Assembly: GCF_009914755.1 (NCBI RefSeq)
Contig: NC_060947.1
Source of the DNA: the human T2T-CHM13v2.0 reference genome, Homo sapiens
DNA: 64,000 nucleotides
Strand: one strand, 5' to 3'
Every line of letters begins with the position of its first letter. Position 1 is the stretch's first letter. This document shows positions 32,450 to 47,028 of the stretch, in pieces. The notes beneath the pieces are model-generated. The model was not told where the DNA came from and did no database searches. It worked only from the letters and a program-made list of their open reading frames with translations. A program made the position numbers and the translations under genes.

Positions 32450-33960
32450 GGCTAATGGGGATTGTGTTTGAATAGTTTGCTTTTGTTTCTTATTTTGCTT
32501 GGGTTGTGACGTGTGTTGCTTCAACATATGGCTTAAAAAAAAAAAAGTCTGTTAATGTATTGGTCACAAAGTGTCTTTCTGGGAAAAGGCACTTATTTTC
32601 CCAGAGTGATTTGACACATTTCTGGTGAAATGCATTAACATTAACGTTCCTTTTTTTTTCCCCAAGTTTTGGACATATGGGTTTAATTACCTGCTAGATT
32701 AGCAGATGGAAATATGTGGTAAATGGATGTAAACAAGGTGCATAAACTTAGGAGAGAGGCAGAAATTTTTAAACTTTAGGTTTAGACATTCACTAGATTG
32801 GACAATTTTTAACATTTAAAATAAAACTTTTTGCCACAAAGAAACAATTGTATTAAAACTAGTTTCCAGAACTGCCCAAATGACTTTTTAAACATGATTT
32901 AAATGTCAAGCTTTCTTTGGCAAATCTATCCAAAATACTAATTTTCCTTCTAGAACTTGGTTTATAATTTATATATTAGAGTGCCCTTAATTGATGTTCA
33001 TTGGGATACCTTCCTCTGAGCCCTAATGGTTTCTATCTTCCCTTTAAAATGATTAAGTATCTTTTAATTAAGTTGTCATTCGCAAAGATATTCTGGAGCA
33101 AAAATCAGGAATTAAACATCTATGAATTCTTCTTCACTTCTGTTATAGTGTAGCAATTTATCTTCTAACCCATAGTAGTCTATCAATTGAGTAAGGCTTA
33201 GTTTCTTGTTCTCTTCAGACACAGCTGACTGCAACTCATAAAGCAACAGCTGGCTACAGCTCCTCCACTTCTTTATTAACAACTGTAATGGAGACAGATT
33301 CTTTGATCATACAGTTTGATGAGTTTTAGCCTCCAAAGAAGGTCTTCTTTCTCCTGAACCTGCTTCACCAATTTGGCTTTTTCATCGTTTAATCTTTGTT
33401 TAGAAAGATTCTCATTCACAAACTCATTTTGGAGAGCACTGCATGACCCAGAGTCAAATGACTGAGATTCACAGACATTGATTCTTCAAAGTATTTTTCA
33501 AATTTATATTTTCTTCAAATTCACTGTCTATGTGTTTAAAACTTTCTTGAAATTCCAAACAGTTTTCCTCTGTGGAAGATGCTGGTTTCTCTGAAAAGGT
33601 CTGATCGTTTTCTTCATTCTCTACTTTAAGAAGTTTCACCACATTATAACAGGAACTAAATGAAGATCTTGCTTTCCTTAATCTTTCTCTAAGTGTTGCA
33701 CTCATAGGTTGTGTTCGTGAACTATTTGTATAGGGAGATGATGGATTCACAGAGGTCTGAGGAGTGCTAGGTAAAACCACAGCTGAGTCTGATGGACTTT
33801 CCATCTTGAAAATGAAATCTTGGTTTTCCTTCAACTCCACAGCAGACTCCCGAGGAAGTCCAGGTCTCAGGCATCCCCCTTCCCCTCAGCAGGGTACCTC
33901 CCTCCGCCATCCCCAGAGAGAGCAAAAAGCCAACTTTCCCTTCTTAAAGGACTCACGGGA
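32450..33960 (-). pseudogene. SFR1: Processed pseudogene of SFR1 (SWI5-dependent recombination repair 1); low-coordinate (3' UTR) boundary uncertain
   Basis: Intronless; ATG GCG GAG GGA (MAEG) at 33910; NQDFIFKMESPSDSAVVLPSTPQ..EENINLKNTLKN; 2-nt deletion ~33483; terminal EEEFIDV* with stop at 33112-33114; AT-rich 3' UTR. Confidence 0.92.
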
Positions 33961-34689
33961 AGGGAATAATGGAAATAATAACTTCACATGCTGAAGAAAA
34001 CAGATAAAGTGTGAAGAAACCATTTATCAACATTTAAACCTCCACACATTATTTGTTCTTTTTTTAAAAGAACTTTACTAAGAATCAGATTCATTAAGTC
34101 AAAGGATGTTAGAACACAAAGGAACCTGCAAAATTAAATCGCGTTCTTATTATATAAAACAGGAGACCCAGAGAGGGTAAGTGACTTGTCCAAAGTCACA
34201 GAGCACTTGAATGCAGTCAGGGCTGATTTCCAGTCTGCAACTCAAAAGAGAAGCAGTGTTTCTCAGTGAAAGAACAGTGGTGTGAGTTTTAAAGATTTTA
34301 TTCTATTCTTTATTACATGATTATTATAGGAAAAATTGGGACACATTTTAAATTACCTAGAATCCTACCACTTCACAATGATCATTGTTAGTATTTTTGC
34401 TGTATAATTTTCCAGACTTTTTAATGTATATGAATACTGGTAAATGTGTTTACTAAAATTGGATCACACTGTCTGTACATCTCTGTCATATAACTCCTAA
34501 CAGATGCAAAACTAGTCCACTGAATAGATTAACTTCATCAGTTTAACCAGTCCCTTACTGATAGATAGATAGATAAGCTTTTTCGAATGTTAAACCCTTA
34601 TAAAAGATGCTGCACTAACCATTCCTGTTCAGACATCTTTTGCTGAAGTGATTTCTACCTACTGATCAGTGTGAATTTTGTAGGGATGC

Positions 34690-34910
34690 AATGATGTAGA
34701 CTAGGTTTGAACTCTGGCTCTAGAACTTACTGTGTGTCTTTACACAAATCACAACTTTTCTGCACTCTAGTTTCTTCATCTTCAAGTGGGAATAATCATA
34801 CTGATAGCCTAGAGGTGTTAAAAGGATTAAATGAAATAATACATGTAAAATAGTTGGTTAATACCTAGCATGTAGCAAATCCTAAATAATATTAGTTATT
34901 ATTATTACCA
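34690..34910 (+). mobile_element. MIR
   Basis: ggtttgaactctggctct..tttcttcatcttcaagtgggaataat..aggattaaatgaaataatacatgtaaaa. Confidence 0.75.
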
Positions 34911-35178
34911 CAATGCTGAAGAAAACTGGCTCTTCAAAATAATGCCCATGATTTTCTGTTACTCTTTAAAAGAGACTAGCCAGAATTTTACAAAGAAGGT
35001 TTTAGATGCAAAACTTCAGTAGCTAAATTAATATTTCCTTTTTTCTAACTTAATCTATCGAGAAGAAAAGTAATAAATTTAAATCATGTGTGGTCTGTTG
35101 AGCTAGTTACTATGTTCTATCTATATAACTTAATGCCAGTCAAAATTTAAAAGGCATAGCTTTTCATCAAACATTCTT

Positions 35179-35612
35179 GTCTTAGTCTGTTTTCTGTTGC
35201 CTATAATAGAATATCTAAAACTGCATAATTTATAAAGAAAAGGAATTTATTTCATATGGTTATGGAGGCTAAAAAGCCCAAGGTCAAGGGACTGCATCTG
35301 GTGAGGACCCTCTAGCTGGTGGGGATTCTCTGCAAACTTCCTAGACAGCACAGAGCATCACAGGGTGAGGGGGCTGAGCATCCTAGCTTGGGTCTCTCTT
35401 CCTCTTCTTATGAAGCCACCAGTCCCACTCCCATGATAACCCATTAATCTATTGACCCATTAATCCATGATGGATTAGTCGATTCATGAGGGCAGAGCCT
35501 TTATGACCCATCACCTCTTAAAAGCCCCAAGACCCCACCTCTCAATACCGCCACATTGGAGATTAAATTTCAACATGAGTTTTGGAGGGGGCAAATATTC
35601 AAACCATACTCA
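35179..35612 (-). mobile_element. MST-type (MSTB/C) MaLR LTR
   Basis: tgtcttagtctgttttctgttgc..aaatttcaacatgagttttggaggg..attcaaaccata. Confidence 0.85.
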
Positions 35613-36419
35613 TTTGTAAGTAAAAAATCAACTGTTTTGTGATAAAGTTGCTCACCTTTCTTTCCCCTTTGGAAAATGCTCAAAGCATGGCTTACCCCAT
35701 AAAATCAGCAGAATATCTTTACAGTCATCTATCCAGCCTCCCGGTGCCTTCAAGCTATTCTCCACTGCTTTTCTGTTTTATCCATGGGCCCCCAGCTATT
35801 TCATATTCCTCAGAGGGGTGGGAAAGAGCACAGAAGCTGAAGTTTTCACCTCTGAGACTTTGCTTTTAAACTGAAAAGATATCCATTGTCACACTGGGAT
35901 TCATTTCTATCTGAAGCTTTGGAAACACATCACGACTTTTACCAAAGCCTATACAGTGAATCTAATTTATGTGTCACCTTTATTTCACCAATAGTTGCTT
36001 TAAAAATAAGGGAACACTCACCCCCTTTGAAAAGCTGGGTGGAAGGTTCAGTGTTGTATGGCTTATCTCGGAAGTCAGGGGTCAGTGACCAAAATTCACG
36101 GTGACCAGAAGCATTCCAAAATGCTGCCAGTAACTCCATGCTTACTGTTTCTTCCTCTTCTGCTCTACTGAACATTGTGGACATAGACACTCAGGATTGT
36201 TGGGGTGGATGATACTGGTTAAATGAGTCCTTCTTGGACACAGCTTTGGTTGAATGTGAGCACCAAACACTGAGAAGTCCTTGTCTATAACTGATGTGCA
36301 GAATGACCCATACGTTTTTTGGTTTGGGATTCTTTTTTTTTTTCTCTACTGTGTGTTATCCTTTTCTCTAATAGTGGCCAGTCACATTCTACCAGTCTGT
36401 ATTTGTCTCACGGTTGTTG

Positions 36420-36973
36420 AAGTGGCTTTGCCAACTTAGCTAAGCTAGAAACATAGTTTCCTGGAATTGCCTTCCCAATGTGGTTCTGAGTTAGAGTGGA
36501 CCAGGAGAAAAATTTGGGCAGGGCTTGGGAAGTGGGAGTGAAGCAATAGATACTATATTCTGAAGTTTGGTAGGACAGGCACTATTACCACTGCCATACA
36601 CTGGCACTGATCAACTGGCACACCTCGTTGGTGTGGGGCAGCAACAGGACCTGCAGCAACTCCAACTCTGACAAGATCTCCTTCTTCAACTTCTCCAAGT
36701 CCTAAGTCAGGTTTGTGTGCACTTCCACGACTATGGATGCCAGCTCTTTCTTTAGGTTGGAGGCAATAAGAGACAGATGCAGGTTCCAGTAAGTCTTCAT
36801 GGGATTTAGTTTGTCCTAGGGATTCAAGTTAATCCTTGCAGGTTCCAGTTTGTCCTTGCTTTCCCCCACACCACATACACCTCTTCTTCCCAACTGTGGG
36901 CCCTGAATATCTACAGTGACCTCAGGCTGCTATAAGTGCAGAGACAATAGCCTTCTATAGACTTCTTCCTCTG
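36420..36973 (+). mobile_element. Old ERVL LTR interrupted by the HERV-S provirus (resumes ~40466-40550)
   Basis: ccaacttagctaagctagaaac..ttcctggaattgccttccc; recall only. Confidence 0.45.
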
Positions 36974-39344
36974 TGTAAGGTACATGGATGTTCCTTGGTC
37001 AAGGAATAGGCCAAGGTGGATATCCAGGCCTGCATGACTCAGTGAGTTTGGCATGCAGGCACACACCTCCACTTGTTATATAACCTGTTTGTGTAAGTTT
37101 ATACTTCGCTCTAAGCCACTATTGTCTGTAAAAGGTATAACTGCCCTGCTAACGTTCTACAGGGGCTCTTGGGACTCTGGTTAGCTCAACATGGCTTAAC
37201 ATGGTGGGCACGCTGGTGCCCAGAGAAAGAAAGAGAGAGAGCCAAAGCTGTCCGTCTTGCAGATGGACAGGAGGGAGCCAGCACACAGCTTGGCTTGCTC
37301 ATGCCCAGAGAGAAAAAGAGTTAAGCCGCTGACCCTGAAGGCAAGGAAGAGCCAGATGCACAGCTGTTTGTGGGAGCCACTGGCTCAAGCAGCTGCGACA
37401 GGGCAAACAGTGTGAGAGAGCTAGTGTGAGAAAGCTGTTAATAAAAGCTGCTGCTGAATAAAACCACATTCACCTGCCTTCAGCCCCGAGTGTTCTTTCT
37501 GCTCATCCACCAACTCCCTCTGGACTTCAGCATGGGCTGGACCCGGACCCCGGGACCTGACAACTGGTGATGAGAATGGGATGAGGTGAGTTGGCCCCAG
37601 TCCCTGAGGGCTCCCAGGTTGGCTTTGTGGCCACAGCATGGGCTGTGATACCCGGTGGCAGCTGTGCTGCGAAGATGGGCTCCAGTGGAAACATGGGAGG
37701 CAGTGGGTGGGTCTCCTGTGAGTATGGAGAAGGCACTGAAGCACCTGGAAGTGCACAGCACTGAGAAGAAGCATGCCTTTGCTGGCAGAGTCAGATGAGC
37801 GTTTGTAACTGTGCTGTGGGAAGTTCATGCCCAGTCCTTGTGGAACTCAGTGCAGTGAGGAGGAAGAACCTCCATGGCAGGCTTGCCCAGTGATCCACCA
37901 CAAAATAGATCATGAGCAGCTACTGGGCCCCACGAGTAGGCCCAGAGACCCCCTGCTGTGGTGGAGCACCCTTCCTTTGGTGCCTGTGTCCCTGCTGAGT
38001 TGAGGGAGTTAAGCAAGTAATGTCGGCAGTCATGCACAGACTTAGTGCAAGCCATTTGGGAGAAGGACCTTGCTGCGCAACCCAGTCCTGCTCGAGCATT
38101 CCAGTTCAAAGAGTACCTGCTGCAGTTGGTGGAAGTGTAAAGCCTCTTCTGTTTGATAAGAGAACTGGCCGAGATGCCCAGCTTGGAGGGCACTGGACAA
38201 CGGGAGCCACATTTGGACTTCGCAATCCACTGGTCCCTGAACCTGGATAAGTTTCCAGGCAGAGCTGCATTTATTGACAACTATGAAGACTGGTCAGTGA
38301 AAGTGAAACCTGTATCTCTGCATCTTGGCATCGACTGCTTGGCTCTCTGCTTATGTGCTGTGTATGTCTCTCCATCCATACCTGAAGACATTCTGGGGTA
38401 GATGTTTTGCATGGCTTGGCAGCTGTGCCATCTATCACAGACTTAATAGACCACTTGACAATGGAACTTGGCAGTGCCACTGTGTGGTGGACTTGGCTAA
38501 TGCATTCTTGTCAATCGACAATGCTCCAGAGAGCCAGGAAGAGTTTGCCTTCATGGGACAGCGACAATGGACTTTCACAGTGTTGCTGCAGGGCTACTGT
38601 ATAGCCCCACCATATGTTGTGGTTTTGTTAATAATGTTATGTTAACCTCTGATTCTCTTGCAGGTTTAAAAGTGGCAGTGTCCCTCTTGCCTGGGATTGG
38701 GGTGATGAGGCTGAGACAGCCTTTCTGGGTAGTAAACCAGGGTGCTCATTTACACTGAATGTGCATGTAACCACAGATAATTTTGGCTAGGGCCTATAGC
38801 AGTGCATGGAGCACTTGGAAGCACCAGTGGGCTGTTAGTCCCAACTGTGGAAGGGAGCTGAGCTCCAGTGCTTACTAATAGAGAAGCAGTTATTAATAGT
38901 GGGATGGGTGCATTCATGGGTAATGACCCCCTGGACAGAGGCAGCACAGACATCAACTTTAGCGAAGTGGGGTACCGACTTGAAACAGTGAAGTATGCTA
39001 AGTAAGTACAAATCCCTTAGCAGCAAAGTTGCAAGAGGTCTTGGGACCTGTAGTCCTAATGCAAGATAAGGCCATGGGGCCTGAGGCACTCCTAAACCCT
39101 GAGACTTCATCATTAGGAAGGGCATCCCCTCATTCCTGATAGGGCATGGCACACAGCTAGGTCTAGCTGGGGTGCTACTGCTGCCTGGACTGCTGGTGCG
39201 GTCCAGCCTAGTACTAACACCATATGGTTTGAAACCAGGTGTGGGCAAAGCAGCTAATAAGCTAAACTCAGGGCAGTGTGAATGGTAATCACCAAGGATG
39301 TGACAACCTATGGTAATCTGCGCCAATAGCTGGGCAGTTTATCA

Positions 39345-39525
39345 AAGCTTATGTATGTAACGGGCTTGAGTGCCCAAAAGCTTGTGTATGTATTGGGCCT
39401 GCATGCCCAAAGCTTGTGTGTCAGGCTTATGTGTCAAGCCTGTGTATATATCAGGCCTGCGTGCCCAAAGTTTATATGTCAGGCCTGTGTGCAAAACTTG
39501 AGTATCAAACCTGTGTGCCCAAGAC
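39345..39525. repeat. Degenerate tandem repeats upstream of the HERV-S PPT
   Basis: Recurring aagcttgtgt..tcaggcctg..tgcccaaa units. Confidence 0.8.
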
Positions 39526-40027
39526 CTAAGTCTCCCTCAGCCTAGGGGGTGGAGTGTAAGGTACATGGATGTGCTTTGGTCAAGGAATAAGCCGAGGTGG
39601 ATATCCAGGCCTGCATGACTCAGTGAGTTTGGCATGCAGGTGCACACCTCTGCTTGTTATATAACCTGTTTGTGTAAGTTCACACTTGGCTCTATACTTG
39701 GTATAAAGGTATATTTGCCCTGCTAATGCTGTACAGGGCTGTTGGGGCTCAGCTCGGCTCAACATGGGTTAACATGGTAGTGGGTGCGCTGGTGCCCAGA
39801 GAAAGAGAGAGAGCCAAAACTGTCAGTCTTGCAGATGGACAAGAGGGAGCCAGGACACAGCTTGGCTTGCTCATGCCCAGAGAGAAAAAGAGTTAAGCTG
39901 CTGACCCTGAAGGCAAGGGAGAACTGGCTGCACAGCTGTGTGTGGGAGCCGCTGGCTCAAGCAGCCAAGACAGGGTGGCCAGTGTGAGAGAGCCAGTGTG
40001 AGAAAGCTGTTCATAAAAGCTGCTGCT

Positions 40028-40370
<343 letters not shown>

Positions 40371-41164
40371 TCACCTGCCTACAGCCCCCCGAATGTTCTT
40401 TCTGCTCATCCACCCACTCCCTCCGGACTTCAGCATGGGTTGGACCCGGACCCCAGGACCTGACACCCTGCTCCCACAATTGCATATGGTCTGATTCCTG
40501 TAATCATCCCTTATTGCTTTTCACTCTGCTTCTCTGATCAAACTCTGCAACTATGTTCAAGTGATTCTTATTTTACATCCAAATTTGCAAATCAGACACA
40601 GGATTATAGACATTACAAAAAAATTCAATTTTGAAAAAAAAAGGAAGAGATTTGTATATGACACTTAAGTAACCCATCTATTACCCTCGCTTTCTTTTTG
40701 ATGTCAAACTTCTTTAAATGGCACCCTAAGTTTATTGCAAAAGTATTTTTCTTCCTCCCATTTTCTCTGCAGTTCCTTGAATATGACTCCTGCTTTTAAA
40801 ATGCTATTTTAATTCATCAGAAACTTATAAAACATCAAATCCAGATCTTAGTCCACTTTATTTCTTTGTACTCTTAACACTGTTGACTACTCTCTTTTTT
40901 CCCTCATTAAATTTGGTTTCAATGGGTCTCAAATTTCTGTGACAGATTTTTGGTCAAGTTGTTTCCACTAAAAAGTGCTGATTTTAAAAATTAAATAACT
41001 TAAAACTACCAGATGCCAAAAAAAAAAAAGTTCACAAAACATTCTCCTTTCCTTCCAAAGGTTTTACAATGCATTGTTATCATTAACCAGTCTTTTACGA
41101 CTAAACTTAAGTGGCCAGTTGAAACAAACAGTTCTGAGACCCTTCCACCACTGATTAAGACTCA

Positions 41165-41498
<334 letters not shown>

Positions 41499-41602
41499 TT
41501 AGGGATAATATTCATTTAGCTTTCTGAGCTTTCTGGACAGACTTGGTGACCTTGCCAGCTCTAGCCGCCTTCTTGTCCTCTGAACCCATGGCAACTGTCT
41601 GT

Positions 41603-41712
41603 CTCAGCGAATTTGGCATGCAGGTGCACACCTCCACTTGTTATATAACCTATATAACCTGTTGTATAAGTTCATACTTGGTTCTATCCTTGGTATAAAG
41701 GTATATCTGCCC
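41603..41712 (+). other. LTR18B fragment inserted into the EEF1A1 pseudogene (templated insertion)
   Basis: Matches 3' LTR positions 39619-39720; no TSD, no LTR termini. Confidence 0.9.
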
Positions 41713-42062
41713 GCAAAATGTCCCAGAAGAGAATAGTCAGGATAGTCAGAATATTCAGAGAAGCTCTCAACACACATGGGCTTGTTAGGAACTATATCAG
41801 TCATGGCAGCACCACCAGATTTCAAGAATTTAGGGCCATGTTCTAGCTTCTTACCAGAATGGTCACCTTTTCTTTCTGCTCAGAACACTTGTAAGGAATT
41901 TGAGATGTGTGACAATCTAGTGCAGGGGCATAGCCAGCACTGATTTGGCCTAGATGGTTCAGGATAATCACCTGAGCAGTGAAGCCAGATGCTTCCATTG
42001 GTGGGTCATTTTTGCTGTCACCAGCAACATTGCCATGATGAACATCTTTGGCAGATGCGTTC

Positions 42063-42521
42063 TTTTTTTTTTTCTTAGAAAGAATGTAATGCATGTTTTT
42101 AATCAGAACAACAGCAATAACAAAAGCTAAGTATGGATATGCCAATGTAGTGTTGAATCCAGCAATGGACACAAATAAAGAGCAAATGCTTGACAGAGAC
42201 AGCTGTAAATAATCTATGTACCTCTTACATCCCCCCACTTCATAAAAAAGACATTCTCTTTGGAAATATGGTTACAAATGTAAATCACTGATTTCTTGCA
42301 AGACCACGATGATTCTGTAATAAATATCAAATTGTTCCATTTCAGATTTGTAAAAGGATTCTTTCAGATATGAAGACTTGGGAGCAACTGTGAAGCTGTC
42401 TTTATTCAGATGCTTTGAAATATAAAGTGGTGATCTTAAACCACCAAGAACTGTAAGGCATGCTAACTGATGTTTATAACAACTTAGCCTTCTTTTCCTT
42501 TATATCCGATTTTATTAAGTG
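42063..42521 (-). other. Unidentified polyadenylated retro-insert nested in the EEF1A1 pseudogene
   Basis: Poly-T 42063-42073; ATTAAA on the minus strand ~42098-42103; diverged TSD 42050-42062 / 42522-42534. Confidence 0.8.
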
Positions 42522-43140
42522 GGCAAACACCTTGTTCACATTGAGGCCCACATTGTCCCCAGGAAGAGATTCACTCAAAGCTTCATGGTGCATTTCAATA
42601 GACTTTACTTCAATTCTAACATTGACTGGAGCAAAGCTGACCACCATGCCAGGTTTGAGAACACCAGTCTCCGCTCGGCCCACAGGTACAGTACCAATAC
42701 CAACAATCTTGTAGACATCCTGGAGACACAGACACAAGGGCTCATAAGTTGGATGAGTTAATGGTAGAATAAAGTCCAGAGCCTCAAGCAGCGTGGTTCC
42801 ACTGGCATTGCTATCTTTATAGGTGACTTTCCATTCCTAGAACCAAGGCATGTTACCACTTGGCTCCAGCATGTTGTCACCATGCCAACCAGAAATTGGC
42901 ACAAATGTTACTGTGTCAGGGTTGTAGCCAATTTTCTTAATGTAAGTGCTGATTTCCTTGTATCTCATCTGGTGGTAGGGTGACTAAGTGGAATCCATTT
43001 TGTTAACACCAACAAGTAGTTGTTTCACACCCAGTGTGTAAGCCAGAAGGGCATGCTCCTGGGTCTGCCCATTCTTGGAGATGCCAACTTCAAATTCACC
43101 AACACCAGGAGCAATGATCAAGAGAGCACAGTCAGCTTGA

Positions 43141-43524
<384 letters not shown>

Positions 43525-43628
43525 TAGTACTTGCTGGTCTCAAATTTCCACAGGGAAATATCAGTGGTGATACCATTCAGCTTTCAGTTTATCCAAGACT
43601 CAGGCATACTTGAAGGAGCCCTTTCCTA

Positions 43629-43901
<273 letters not shown>

Positions 43902-46096
43902 CTATCTCTCCAACTGCTGCTCCCTGTCTTAGTATGCTCACTTCTCTTCTACCCAATCGTCAAGGTGTAGGAGTTGGTTGCTCAAAGTCCAGTTCTTGGC
44001 ACTCTTGAATTCTCACTCTACCCTCTCTACCTTTATGACCCCCTCCACTCTAAAGGATTCAACCACCATCCCTTCACACTCATGATTTATAGATCTATGC
44101 TTTTATCTCAGCTTTCTCTCCTGAATGCCAAGGTCATGATTCTTATAGTCCATTTAGTTGCAGATGACTCTCAAATTCAACAAGCACAAACTGACCTATT
44201 TATTTACCATGACATGTTCCATGTCCCCTAACTTGGATAATGGCATTACAATTCTTCAGTCACTCGTTCTCAAAACTTCAGAGTTGGGGAGTGATGTCAC
44301 CAAAGATGGAGTAGAAGCAATCTGGATTCACTCCCCCTGCCCACTGAAAACCAAAAACAACTATCCGGTGCCACAATTATCACCAGCAATATCCCAGAAC
44401 TCAAAATCAAAGCTGTGACAATCCCTGAGGCCACAGAGAAGTAAAAAACTATGAGCTGAAAGTGAGAGAAATGGACTTCTCTATCCACAATGCCCCTCCC
44501 CCAAACTACTAGACACCACATGGAAAAATCCTCCGAGACTCATGGTTTCTACATTGGAAAAAGTGAGATCAAGGTGGAAAGCCAGCTTCCCCATCATCTT
44601 GGGTTCCTATGCAAGAAAGCTGTTCCTGCCTCAACTCACAGGAAGCATCACAAGTGCCTCCACCTAAGGACAGGTGGAGACAAACCTTGGAGGTGGAGCT
44701 GCATGGCCCAGCACCAGAAACTCGGGGGGCTGCTCTCCACTCTAGAAAAAGGGGACACCAAATCAGAGAGGTGGTTTAGCAGCACCACACTGTAGGAGGC
44801 ACCCTGCAGGGAACCTCTGGGCATGAACCCGTAGCCAGCCTCCCCACACAGCTGAGGAGTCCCCTTTGGAATCTCCCCCTGTCTGTAATGGGCAGCACTT
44901 GGAGAGCTACAGAAAACCTGTGTTTAGGGCGCCATCTAGTGCTCAAAGAAGGCAGCAATCTAGGGCTAAGGGAATCAACGGGCAAATCGCACAGAACCTC
45001 TAAACACACAAAACAACTCAGACAGGAAAGACTTGAAAAAATAACCAATTCTTTAATGCGAAGACATAGATCTACATACATAAGAAATAACAGCAAACAG
45101 TGAATAATGACCTCCCCAAATGGACAAAGCAAGGAACCACTGATCAACCCCAGTGAGAGAGCAACATGTGAGCTCTCAGATAGCAAAGTCACAGGAGTCA
45201 GATCAAGAATTCAAAATAGCAGTTTTGAAGATACTCAGCAATCTCCAAGTTAATACAGAAACGCAACTTAGAAATTTATCAGAGAAATTTAATGAAGAAA
45301 TGGAAATAAGAAAAAATCAAACAGATACCTGGAACTGAGAAATACATTGGCTGAACTGAACAACTCATCACAGAGGTATCAACAGCAGAACTGATCAAGC
45401 AGAAGAAAGAAATAGTGAGCTCAAAGATAGTCTATTTGAAAATACACAGTCAGAGAAGAAAAAAAGAAAAAAGAAGGAAAAGGAATGAAGAATATCTACA
45501 AGAACTAGAAAATAACTTCAAAAGAGCAAATCTGAGTCATTGACCCTCAAGAGGAAATTGATAAAGAAAAGGGGGTCATTAGCTTATTCAAAGAAATAAC
45601 AGAAAACTTTCCAAACCTAGAGAAAGATATAAATATCCAGATACAGGAAAGTCAAAGATTACCAAACAGATTAAACCCAAATAGGACTATACCAAAATAT
45701 GTATTAAGCTCTCAGAGGTCAAGGACAAAGACAAGATTCTAAAAGCAGCAAGAGAAATAAAAGCAAATAACACACAAAGGACTTTGATTTGTCTGGCAAC
45801 AGACTCTCAGCAGAAACGATACAGGACAGAAGAGAGTGAGACGACATATTCAAAGTGCTCAAGGCAAAAACTGAGAATAATATACCCAACAAAGCTATCC
45901 TTCAAACATGTAGGAGAGATAAAGACTTTCTAAGACAAACAAAAGGTGAATGAATTCATCATCACCAGACCTGTCTTGCAAGAAAATGCTAGAGAGAGTT
46001 CTTCAATCTGAAAGAAAAGGATACGAATGTGCAATAATAAAGTCATTTAGGCTACGCATAGAGGCCCACACCTGTAATCCTAGTGCTTTGGGGGGC

Positions 46097-46520
46097 ACTA
46101 GGCACAGAAAGACAAACATCGTATTTTCTTACTTATTTGTGGGATCTAAAGATCAAAACAGTTGAACTCATGGACATAGTAGAAGGTTGATTACCAGAGG
46201 CTGGGAAGGGTAGTGGGGGATAGGTAGGGGAGTTGGGGATGATTAATGGGTACCAAAAAATAGTTAGAATGAATGACACCTACTATTTGATAGCACAACA
46301 GGGTGTCTATAGTCAATAATAATTTAATTGTACATTTTAAAATAACTAAAATAGTATAATTGGATTGTTTGTAATACAAAGAATGATCACTTGAGGGGGT
46401 GGATACCCCATTCTCCATGATGTGATTATTATACATTGCATGCCTGTATCCACACATCTCATGTACCCATAAATATATATACCTACTATATACCCACAAG
46501 AATTAAAAATAAAATTTTTT
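46097..46520 (+). mobile_element. Nested L1MA 3' end, fused to an Alu 5' stub (46049-46096)
   Basis: ggcacagaaagacaaacatc..gattaccagaggctgggaagggtag..acccacaagaattaaaaataaaa. Confidence 0.85.
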
Positions 46521-46623
46521 TAAAAAGTAGAAAGACTTCAAATAAATAACCCAATGATGCACCTCCAGGAACTAGAAAAGCAAGAACAAATCAAACCCTA
46601 AATTAGTAGAAAGAATGTAACAA

Positions 46624-47028
<405 letters not shown>

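Noticed and set aside
33469-33840. 123-aa SFR1-like ORF as a functional gene
   Set aside because: Intronless, frameshifted at ~33483 with further indels downstream; a processed pseudogene.
39345-39525. Repeat array near an RT remnant as a retron/DGR/CRISPR-like system
   Set aside because: Degenerate contiguous repeats inside an ordinary decayed ERV; the RT is fragmented.
41843-42737. Chimeric EEF1A1-like ORFs
   Set aside because: Chance read-through between pseudogene fragments and the nested insert.
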